From assembly GCA_944324265.1 (NCBI GenBank), contig CALUVS010000002.1:6250-70249 (forward strand): a stretch of DNA of 64,000 nucleotides, given 5' to 3'. Under the pieces are notes generated by a model. That model searched no databases. It saw only the letters and a list, made by a program, of their open reading frames with translations, and had not been told where the DNA came from. This DNA comes from an uncultured Traorella sp. Its GTDB lineage: Bacteria > Bacillota_I > Bacilli_A > Erysipelotrichales > Erysipelotrichaceae. Shown piece by piece: positions 56,278 to 64,000 of the stretch; the stretch's first letter is position 1, and every line of letters begins with the position of its first letter. The translations under genes were made by a program, and so were the position numbers.

Positions 56278-56862
56278 ATGAATGAAATGATACAGAAAAT
56301 GAAAACTCGTCATGCAATTCGCCGTTTTCAGGACAAACCAATTGAAGAAGAATTGCTTGATCAGATTTTAGAGGCAGGATTATATGCACCAAGTGCCGGC
56401 AATAATCAATATTCTCGTATTGTTGTCTGTCAAGATAAAGAAGTGAATGAAAAGCTTGGTAAAATTAATCGCTATATGCAGTTCAAGGGCAATGATCCTG
56501 CGAAGGTTGCTCATTCTATCTCAAATGATCAGCCAAGTATTCAAGATGATTTTACGATTATGAATGGATATTATGATGCTCCTTGTGTATTGACCATATT
56601 CACAAGAAAAGGTCCGTATGCTCAGTCAGATGGAGCGATGATTGCAGAAAATATATGGCTGGCAGCTCATTTTCTTGGATTGGGAGCTTGTTATATCGGG
56701 CGAACAGGTGAAGTGTTTGCCACTGAATATGGCTTAGAAATGCGCAGAAAATGGGGTGTACCTGAGGATATGGAAGCGGTATGCAATGTAATCTTGGGTT
56801 ATTGTGAAGGCCCTATGCCGAAAGAAAAGCCAAGAAAAGAAAGCAGAATCATAAAAGTATAA
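56278..56862 (+). CDS. Nitroreductase-family protein
   Basis: TRHAIRRFQDKPI...APSAGNNQ motifs. GAGGAGG RBS. Confidence 0.9.
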   Translation: MNEMIQKMKTRHAIRRFQDKPIEEELLDQILEAGLYAPSAGNNQYSRIVVCQDKEVNEKLGKINRYMQFKGNDPAKVAHSISNDQPSIQDDFTIMNGYYDAPCVLTIFTRKGPYAQSDGAMIAENIWLAAHFLGLGACYIGRTGEVFATEYGLEMRRKWGVPEDMEAVCNVILGYCEGPMPKEKPRKESRIIKV

Positions 56863-56884
56863 AAGTGTCCTTACGGACACTTTT
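56861..56884. terminator. Bidirectional terminator
   Basis: AAAAGTGTCC-TTAC-GGACACTTTT between convergent stop codons. Confidence 0.85.
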
Positions 56885-59800
56885 AATTTACTGCAATCAT
56901 TTTCTTTAAATGTGTGGAATAAATATAAGCTTGTATCGGAATATTCGGATATAAAACAGATAATGCATAAATATAGTCTTTTAACTGATGCGCATGTCGC
57001 TGAATTAATTCTTCTTCCTCTGCCCAATCTGTTTTAAAGTCGATAAGAATAAGACAATCTTTTAAAATTGAGATCATGTCCATAGAACCAGTAAGTATTT
57101 CTTGTTCTTTTTGTACTGCAAATGGATATTCATGAATAATCTGACCTTTTTGACATTGCAGAAATACTTCATTGGACTGCAGTGCTATTAAATCTTTTTT
57201 TAGCCAATGGATATTTGGACAATTCAGTTTTTTAGCTTGATCTTCTATCATTTTATCATTCCAAGCAGACACCGGCAGCTTTTCAATCATCTTATGAAAT
57301 TCATTCCCGTAGTTATTGCGGATAGGTGTTGATAAATCTAACGGTTTGCAGGCAATTGCTGCAGCCGTAGTCGGCGAATATAGATTCAGCGGCTGTTCTG
57401 CTGTGTAATCCGGCAGAAACTGCGCAGAGTTGGTCTGTACTGAGGAAGCATACGTATTTACCCACAACTCATTGACTGGATGAATCTGGAATAAATGAGG
57501 AACGTTTTTATTGATCAAGGCTTGAATGATCTGTGAAGTGGAGCCTTTGCGGCTGTTTAAAACAGTGGTATTGATTGGGGTGCTGATGGCATCGAGATTA
57601 ACAAAGTCCACGCAATGCATTTCATCTTTTGCTCTTGTGGTCGCAACGTATAACACACGGATGCTTTCTTCAAGGTCTTCACGATTCTGCTTGTACTCAA
57701 TTGCAATGCGCGGCAAAGTATTGCGGACATAACGAGAAGGCGTTTTTAATATTTTCATGCCGATTCCCAATTGATTGTCATAGATGACTTTCGGTCCGAT
57801 ATCCTGATTTTTGTTGCTGGAGGAGCACCATAAGAAAACAACCGGAAATTCCAAGCCTTTGGAACCATGAATTGTCATCAGACGAACAACATTGTCACCC
57901 TTTCCGATAGAACTGGCTTCTTCACTGTCCGTTTCACTCCATCCCTCCACGGCATCCAGGAAACTATCCAAGCGCGAAGATTTCGTGCTTTCATATTGGA
58001 CAGCCTTATCAAAAAACAAGTCCAAATTTGTCTTATCTGCATTGGAACAAGCTCGATCATAAAATTGATTCCAGCAGAAGCATTGCGTAATGATATCGCT
58101 GATGCGTTCCAATTTTCGCAGTTCTTCAAAGGATGTCAATAATTCACTGTCAGTTTGCTTCAAATAGTCATAATAAGATTGACTCTTTTCTTTCTGATCC
58201 GCAATTTGCGCTAATTGTGTACTTGTGAAATTGAAAAATGGACTCGTCAGCATGCCTACAAAATCAATATCATTCTGCGGATTGACCAAAGATCTTAGTG
58301 TACACAATAATATTTGAATAGCTGGATTGGCGAAAAAACCGCTGCGGCTTTTGACATAAGTAGGAATATTGTATTCCTTCAGCACATCACGAATTTGTGC
58401 TAAGGTCGAATTGCCGCTGGCTAAAACAGCCATATCTTTGTAATCATATTTTCCTTCCTTATGAATTTTTTCGATCATATAAGCAATATATCTTGCTTTA
58501 TAATCATATTTTCTTATCTTTTCATTCTCATAAGATTTTAATTCCGGATTCAAAGCATGAAAGATCACAGGCTTCTGAACCTTTTTCTGAGCATCAGTAC
58601 CGATTTCAACACGGTCTTCTTTGCCGAAAGGCAGAGAATTAAATCCGGGAATATTCATCAAGATTTCAAAAAGCACATTGTTAAATTCTACCAGAGTTTC
58701 ACTGGAACGATAATTGCGATTAAAAATAATACATTCATTGACTTCATCATTCAGCACTTTATAGTTTTGCATGATGGAAGGCATCGCATGACGGAAACGA
58801 TAAATGGATTGTTTGACATCGCCGACACGGAATACATTATCCTTTCGGCAAATCAATCGCACTAATTCATCCTGAACATCGTTGCTGTCCTGAAATTCAT
58901 CGACCATAATTTGCTTAAAGCGTTTCTGATAGATTTTTGCTACTTCATGATTATTCTTTTTCAGAATTTTTAATGCATAATGCTCCATGTCAGAAAAATC
59001 AATGCATTCATTTTCACATTTGATCTTTTCATATTCATCCAAAAAGTCAGAAGCACATTCAATCAGTTTTTCTGCTAAAGGGGCAATCTCTTTCAGATCT
59101 TTGATCATTTCTTCCATTGGCGGTATGCCTAATAATTCATCTTCAATTGCAAACAAATTGCTTCTTAACTGTGCGCAGGTATCATCTGCCGGCTTATCAA
59201 GTTTCAGCTTGGATAAAAAAACAATGTTCTTGCGCAATTCATCTGCATTTTTATCGGCAGTTAAAAGTTCTTTGGCTTGTTCCTGTTTATAGAAAAGCTG
59301 TTCCATATGCTTTTCTTTGATGGCATGTTCATTATAGCTTTTCATCATGGCTTCCAATGTTTCCATATACATTTGAATCTGAGTTTGATAATATTGCAGA
59401 AACATCGTATAAGACGCTGTAGGATGAGCTGACATATTCACATTTTGATATTCAGCTAAAGCCTGCTGGAGCCATTCTTTTGGCTGAGCATGAGAATTGG
59501 CTGCTTCTGCCGTCAAAATAATCACATCTTTGATATCCTGTGTATTGGCAGGATTTTCATTTAACAGATAATTCAATTGAATAAAAGCTTCATTTTGACT
59601 TTGAAGCTGTTTCTGAATCACTGCTTCTGCTGCTTTTTCTTTATATAAGGCTTCATCTTGAGTGAGGATATTCTCCACTCGTTTCATCGAAAAATCAATG
59701 ACATAATAAAACTCTTTTAAAATAGATAAACAGAAAGAATGAATTGTAGAAATAGCGGCATCACTTAATAATGAAAGCTGCTTTTTTAAGAATGCCTTTT

Positions 59801-60053
59801 GTTTTTCATCAGTTTCTTCATTCATCAATGCAGTAATCTGCTTAGATAAACGCTTTTTCATTTCATTGGCTGCATCTTCTGTAAAAGTCATTGCTAGTAT
59901 TTCATTGATCTGAATATGATCTTTTAAGACTAATTCACAAAGGCGCTGAACGAGCACGCCTGTTTTTCCGCTTCCCGCACTGGCAGAGACAAGAATATTG
60001 CGATTGCGGGCTTCAATAGCTTTTAATTGCTGGCTGTTCCATTTACTGCTCAT
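56883..60053 (-). CDS. addA: ATP-dependent helicase/nuclease subunit A
   Basis: UvrD-like helicase (ASAGSGKTGVL, VDEFQDSN) plus a C-terminal PD-(D/E)XK nuclease (LIDFKTD). AGGAGGAGG RBS before ATG 60053. Confidence 0.92.
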   Translation of the reverse strand: MSSKWNSQQLKAIEARNRNILVSASAGSGKTGVLVQRLCELVLKDHIQINEILAMTFTEDAANEMKKRLSKQITALMNEETDEKQKAFLKKQLSLLSDAAISTIHSFCLSILKEFYYVIDFSMKRVENILTQDEALYKEKAAEAVIQKQLQSQNEAFIQLNYLLNENPANTQDIKDVIILTAEAANSHAQPKEWLQQALAEYQNVNMSAHPTASYTMFLQYYQTQIQMYMETLEAMMKSYNEHAIKEKHMEQLFYKQEQAKELLTADKNADELRKNIVFLSKLKLDKPADDTCAQLRSNLFAIEDELLGIPPMEEMIKDLKEIAPLAEKLIECASDFLDEYEKIKCENECIDFSDMEHYALKILKKNNHEVAKIYQKRFKQIMVDEFQDSNDVQDELVRLICRKDNVFRVGDVKQSIYRFRHAMPSIMQNYKVLNDEVNECIIFNRNYRSSETLVEFNNVLFEILMNIPGFNSLPFGKEDRVEIGTDAQKKVQKPVIFHALNPELKSYENEKIRKYDYKARYIAYMIEKIHKEGKYDYKDMAVLASGNSTLAQIRDVLKEYNIPTYVKSRSGFFANPAIQILLCTLRSLVNPQNDIDFVGMLTSPFFNFTSTQLAQIADQKEKSQSYYDYLKQTDSELLTSFEELRKLERISDIITQCFCWNQFYDRACSNADKTNLDLFFDKAVQYESTKSSRLDSFLDAVEGWSETDSEEASSIGKGDNVVRLMTIHGSKGLEFPVVFLWCSSSNKNQDIGPKVIYDNQLGIGMKILKTPSRYVRNTLPRIAIEYKQNREDLEESIRVLYVATTRAKDEMHCVDFVNLDAISTPINTTVLNSRKGSTSQIIQALINKNVPHLFQIHPVNELWVNTYASSVQTNSAQFLPDYTAEQPLNLYSPTTAAAIACKPLDLSTPIRNNYGNEFHKMIEKLPVSAWNDKMIEDQAKKLNCPNIHWLKKDLIALQSNEVFLQCQKGQIIHEYPFAVQKEQEILTGSMDMISILKDCLILIDFKTDWAEEEELIQRHAHQLKDYIYALSVLYPNIPIQAYIYSTHLKKMIAVN

Positions 60054-62706
60054 TGTCCGCCTCCTCCTTTTTCTTGTCCTGCATGCATTCCGGATATTCA
60101 ACTAATAACTGTTTTTCAATCGGTGCCTGATGAAAACGGCAGATGGCTTGATATTCACAATAGGTACAGGAATTTTTGTTTGGATTTGGTACAACCTGAC
60201 CGGACAAAATAGAGGAAGCAATGATTTTTAACATTTCTTCTATTTTTTCTTTAACTTGTTCAATATCATAGACCTTTGCTCGTTTTAAAGTCACCATTCC
60301 ATCTTTGTTTAATCCCATTGATTTTGTATAGGCTCCGATATCATCCATTCGATTATAGCCTTCATCAAAAAACCATCCGCTCAATAAATGGGAATCAAAT
60401 AATTGATGATTCAGTTCATTAATGTCTGTTTGAGTAATCGTATAAGTACCCACTCGTTTGATTTTTTCATATGGACCTTTTCTTTCTTCATTGTGAAAAC
60501 TGTAATAGAAGGCTCCTAACGGACGCTTGTGCAATGCATCATGCATATGCGTCAGATAGGTGCATAATTGCAGCTGCTGGCCTGAAAAGACCTTTTCTTT
60601 ATTTAAAGTATGCGCTGAGCTCTTGTAATCGACAATACGGAAAGTTTCATTGTCTTCATCGATACGGTCAATATAACCGCGCATATCCATTGTCACCTGC
60701 TGGCTTAAAGGCATCAGATGATGGAATTCCATTTCAGTATGTGTAGGGGTGAGCTGAGAATGCTCTTCCATTTGTTTCATGAAGTCCAAATTCATGCGCA
60801 GCCTTTCTTTGAGCTTACGGCGCATGACAGTAAAATCCAGATGAGGGAAAATCTGATGCATTTCCTCAAAGCCTTGTTCCATAATGGCATATGCTTCATC
60901 TAATTTCTGCGCAGCATATTGCTTACCGTATTGATTAACGAGTTTTTCAAAGACGGCATGAGTCAAAGTCCCCAATTTGGCCACATCAAAACCTACAGAG
61001 AAAGGTTCTTGGATCTTGCAGCCATTTTTTAAAAAGTATTTATAGCTGCAGCTGACATAGCTTTCCAAAGAAGAAACAGATCCTTTGAAGATCTGATCTT
61101 TGACATATAGCTGATGAGCTAAATCTTCATCAATATTTTCAATTTCCTGTGTATTATTTTGAACCTGAACCAGTGAAACAGCAGAAGGCTTATCATGATG
61201 CAGATAAGATTCTACTTCCAAAGAAGATTCATATGCTTTGCCTAAGTAATCATTCAGCGGATAAGTCACATGGAGATTTTCTGCTTGATCAAAAATACTT
61301 AAGATTGACTGATTGTGTGTTTCAAATCTTTGTTCAAGGGATGGATAACCTTCAATCTCAGCAATATAGTTTTCATCAAAAATTCCGCTGGCTCCTTTAA
61401 ATCCCGGATAGGCATTCTGCACAGCCCCTAAGACAAATAAATGCTTGTAATTCAAACAGATATCTGAAACATTTGCCGTTCGAATAATATTAAACTGCAA
61501 AGAAGATTCATGAAGCTGCAGATGAGATAATTCATCCAATAATAAATGAAAATCCGCTGTATCATGCAGAAAACTGCTGGCTTCCTGAAACAGAGACTGA
61601 AGACGTAAAATAATCTTCTGATCTTGCGGATTGGGATGGAAAACACGAAGTATTTCATCGGCCGCTTCAATTTTTTTCAGATAATTTTCGGCTTGTGTCA
61701 GACGAATCAAATAAGGTTTGATTTCTTCTTTCTGCTGATTGGCTTTTTCAATCAGTGAAATCAGCCATTGAATCTGAGCGGGTGTATAAAGATCCAGTTC
61801 ATTTTTGAACTGTGTTAGATCCGGATAATTTTCATGCCAGTGATAAGGCCATATCTTCTGTGCTTCTAATAAGGCAAAAGTATTGCCGAAGCAGTGATTC
61901 ACAAGACAGTTCATGAAGTTTTCGGCATTATTATTACAGCTGAATTTTAATAAAGTTAAACACTGCAGAACGACTTCACTGGTCTGTGTATCTTTTAAAG
62001 CAACAGGAATATGATAGCGCGCAAAAACAGAACGTATCAGCGGCAGATAGCTTTCATCACGAATGGCAATCATACAATCCTTCGGATATAGATTCAACTG
62101 AATGATCTTCTGAGCGACACTTTCCACTTCCTGACGCATATTGCCGGCAGTCTGATATTCGATGTGCGGCTGATAAGCTTCTAATTCGATTTGTTCAGCT
62201 CCTAATGCTGTCAATTTCTCAATTATTCTTTGTTCCTTATAAGAAGCATGCGGATAAAGAATACAAAGCTGAGAAATATCCAAAGGAGTCAAAGAATGAA
62301 GAATTTTTTGATTGAGCTGACCTTGTGTAGGAAGATCATATAAATAAGTCATGATCTTCTTCATTTCTTTTTGTTTTTCATTGTTTTGAGGCAGTTTTTC
62401 TGCAGTTATTTCATAGCTATGCAAGGTTTCTAAAAAAGAAAGACATTCTTTGACAAAAGAAGCGTCTGTGCAGATATTCTGAAAGAAAGACAGCTCTTTC
62501 TGTAATTCTTTTAATCGCTGCAAGGCTAAAAAATGCAATGAAAAAGAAGAGGTATCAGAAAGAACAAAACTATCCAAAAATTGCTGGATAGACAGAAGTT
62601 TGATTCCTTTGATCTGATGATCAAATAAATACTGACGCAATTCCATCATGGAAGAAGCAGGAATTAATAATGTTGTATTTTCTTTTAATTCATTTAATTT
62701 CATCAT
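60043..62706 (-). CDS. addB: ATP-dependent helicase/nuclease subunit B
   Basis: Immediately upstream of addA and overlapping it. C-terminal nuclease (IVDYKSS) with Fe-S cysteines (CTYCEYQAIC). Confidence 0.88.
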   Translation of the reverse strand: MMKLNELKENTTLLIPASSMMELRQYLFDHQIKGIKLLSIQQFLDSFVLSDTSSFSLHFLALQRLKELQKELSFFQNICTDASFVKECLSFLETLHSYEITAEKLPQNNEKQKEMKKIMTYLYDLPTQGQLNQKILHSLTPLDISQLCILYPHASYKEQRIIEKLTALGAEQIELEAYQPHIEYQTAGNMRQEVESVAQKIIQLNLYPKDCMIAIRDESYLPLIRSVFARYHIPVALKDTQTSEVVLQCLTLLKFSCNNNAENFMNCLVNHCFGNTFALLEAQKIWPYHWHENYPDLTQFKNELDLYTPAQIQWLISLIEKANQQKEEIKPYLIRLTQAENYLKKIEAADEILRVFHPNPQDQKIILRLQSLFQEASSFLHDTADFHLLLDELSHLQLHESSLQFNIIRTANVSDICLNYKHLFVLGAVQNAYPGFKGASGIFDENYIAEIEGYPSLEQRFETHNQSILSIFDQAENLHVTYPLNDYLGKAYESSLEVESYLHHDKPSAVSLVQVQNNTQEIENIDEDLAHQLYVKDQIFKGSVSSLESYVSCSYKYFLKNGCKIQEPFSVGFDVAKLGTLTHAVFEKLVNQYGKQYAAQKLDEAYAIMEQGFEEMHQIFPHLDFTVMRRKLKERLRMNLDFMKQMEEHSQLTPTHTEMEFHHLMPLSQQVTMDMRGYIDRIDEDNETFRIVDYKSSAHTLNKEKVFSGQQLQLCTYLTHMHDALHKRPLGAFYYSFHNEERKGPYEKIKRVGTYTITQTDINELNHQLFDSHLLSGWFFDEGYNRMDDIGAYTKSMGLNKDGMVTLKRAKVYDIEQVKEKIEEMLKIIASSILSGQVVPNPNKNSCTYCEYQAICRFHQAPIEKQLLVEYPECMQDKKKEEADNEQ

Positions 62707-62712
62707 ATTTCA

Positions 62713-62718
62713 ATTATA
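62713..62718 (-). promoter_or_regulatory. TATAAT -10 hexamer 6 nt upstream of the addB ATG (possible leaderless start)
   Basis: The minus strand reads TATAAT-TGAAAT-ATGATG. No Shine-Dalgarno sequence is visible. Confidence 0.3.
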
Positions 62719-62733
62719 AACGATTCAAACAAT

Positions 62734-62761
62734 AAAAAGAAGAAATAACTAGTATTTCTTC
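62734..62761 (-). terminator. Rho-independent terminator of yigZ (overlaps its stop codon)
   Basis: GAAGAAATA-CTAGT-TATTTCTTC followed by U5 on the minus strand. Confidence 0.7.
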
Positions 62762-63369
62762 ACATCCACTTCTCTGATTTCATCACTTAGATAAACAAGC
62801 TTGGCTTTGCCGCTGCTGATTTCCTGAATATCTGGTTCTAAGTTATCTCGCGGGGTAATATAGCGATAAGTGACTTGTTCCTCATATTGCTTATCGATTA
62901 CTTCTGCTTCATGATTGGCCAAATAATAATCCAATTTACCGATCAGATCATAAGAAAAAGTCAGCTGATAGCAATGCACCAGCATCGTTTCTGTACAGTC
63001 AGCCAAATGAATCGCTTCGGATACACTTCGGGAATATGCACGAATCAAGCCGCCGGCTCCCAGCTTAATTCCTCCGAAATAGCGTACAACGACAGCAACA
63101 ATGTTCTGCATCTGATTTTTTCTTAAGCTTTCCAGCATTGGGACACCTGCAGTGCCGCTAGGTTCGCCGTCATCACTGCTTCTTTGAATCTCATCATGTT
63201 CCCCGATGACAAAGGCCGTGCAGTGATGGGTTGCATTGGGATGCAGCTTTTTGATGCTTAAGATGTATTCTCTTGCTTCACTTTCACTGAAAGCTCGATT
63301 CAGATAACAGATAAAACGACTTTTTTCTATTTCAATTTCATGAATGAATTCTTCTTTGATACGTGTCAT
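62749..63369 (-). CDS. yigZ: YigZ/IMPACT-family protein (UPF0029)
   Basis: EIEKSRFICY, ATHHCTAF and DDGEPSGTAG motifs. Confidence 0.88.
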   Translation of the reverse strand: MTRIKEEFIHEIEIEKSRFICYLNRAFSESEAREYILSIKKLHPNATHHCTAFVIGEHDEIQRSSDDGEPSGTAGVPMLESLRKNQMQNIVAVVVRYFGGIKLGAGGLIRAYSRSVSEAIHLADCTETMLVHCYQLTFSYDLIGKLDYYLANHEAEVIDKQYEEQVTYRYITPRDNLEPDIQEISSGKAKLVYLSDEIREVDVKKY

Positions 63370-63378
63370 AGTGATATC

Positions 63379-63407
63379 ATTATAGTAGATGTGGTGTTTC
63401 TTGTAAA
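63379..63407 (-). promoter_or_regulatory. Near-consensus promoter TTTACA-17-TATAAT placed 9 nt from the yigZ ATG
   Basis: On the minus strand, -35 is at 63402-63407 and -10 at 63379-63384. No SD lies between the -10 and the ATG. Confidence 0.65.
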
Positions 63408-63490
63408 TGAATGTCGTTAAAAAAATAGGAAGAAGTGTTTATTGAATCACAAATATGATATAATAACATTGCTGTGAAAGGAATGATATA

Positions 63491-64000
63491 ATGAAAGTAG
63501 CATTTGTAACAGATTCTGCTTGCGGAGTACACCCGGCGGAGCTAAAAAAACTAGGGATTTACTGTATTCCGCTGCAGATTGTATTTGTGGATCAGAATAA
63601 AGCAGTATTGGACTTTGTAGATACAACAAATGAAGAAATCTATGGATTGATCCGACAGGGACAAATGATGAGTACGTCTGTTCCGCCTTTGGGATTGATT
63701 GAAGAAACATTTGCACAGATTAAAAATGATGGTTATGATGCCGTTTTCTGTATGACAATTAATCCGGGCTTATCCAGTGCGTATAACGCTTTTCGCTTAG
63801 GAGCTGAAAATGCTGGCTTGACATTTGTACATGTAGATATCTATACAACAAGTGCCATGCAGAAATATTCGATCATCAAGGCGAAGGAAATGTATGATGC
63901 AGGAGCTTCAATCGAAGAAATTGTGAATGAAACTCAGGCACGCGGTGATGGGGGCATGACTTTTATCATTCCAAATGACCTGGATCACTTAAAACGCGGG
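63491..64000 (+). CDS. DegV-family fatty-acid-binding protein (3' end outside window)
   Basis: Not in the ORF track because there is no stop within the window. ATG 63491 after AAAGGAA gives MKVAFVTDSACGVHPAELKKLGIYCIPLQIV..., open for 170 codons to the window edge. Confidence 0.88.
   Translation, partial: MKVAFVTDSACGVHPAELKKLGIYCIPLQIVFVDQNKAVLDFVDTTNEEIYGLIRQGQMMSTSVPPLGLIEETFAQIKNDGYDAVFCMTINPGLSSAYNAFRLGAENAGLTFVHVDIYTTSAMQKYSIIKAKEMYDAGASIEEIVNETQARGDGGMTFIIPNDLDHLKRG

Noticed and set aside
1-64000. CRISPR arrays, tRNA/rRNA genes, IS elements, integrases and prophage modules.
   Set aside because: Reading both strands showed no direct-repeat/spacer periodicity, no tRNA-like cloverleaf sequences, no rRNA-like segments, and no transposase, recombinase or phage structural ORFs. 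Short repeats could have been missed without a computational repeat search.

Overview
This 64-kb window comes from a low-GC Firmicute chromosome. The gene order is Bacillus/Clostridia/Erysipelotrichia-like: mfd-spoVT-yabO at the left, then a yabE-like 3D-domain gene, rnmV, rsmA, ispE, a glmU fragment and prs, plus mnmE-tatD, addB-addA and yigZ. spoVT and a solitary GerA/SpoVAF-type gene suggest a spore former. I support about 60 protein-coding genes, 2 pseudogenes, many rho-independent terminators and several promoter/operator sites readable by eye. I found no rRNA, tRNA, CRISPR array, transposase, integrase or prophage genes.

Most of the window is housekeeping or metabolic:
- guaB, fhs, prs
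- an acetylase-branch diaminopimelate cluster (aminotransferase-dapF-dapB-dapH)
- a BcrA/HgdC-type activase pair
- an ArsR-regulated P-type metal ATPase
- rubrerythrin
- two MerR-controlled operons

Accessory-looking parts are:
- an AT-rich islet at 8.9-13.9 kb, carrying a large cell-wall-anchored surface protein and an AbiEi/AbiEii type IV toxin-antitoxin pair
- an orphan AAA+/DUF4143 ATPase at 34.9-36.1 kb

Observations most worth a second look:
1. A GC-rich, strongly structured noncoding element of about 250 nt (40140-40395). It contains a degenerate hairpin resembling group II intron domain V, with no RT gene nearby.
2. Three clean in-frame stop codons that break two otherwise intact genes: TGA in a RibD_C-like reductase, TAG plus TAA in a lipoprotein.
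3. An unannotated 47-aa ORF with a strong RBS and its own terminator.
4. An ORF-less promoter-to-terminator unit carrying a C-rich motif (sRNA candidate).
5. A stand-alone GlmU acetyltransferase domain at the syntenic glmU position.
6. Apparently leaderless yigZ and addB.

I cannot claim a clearly novel multi-gene system from sequence reading alone. All family assignments come from motif recognition by eye, without database searches.
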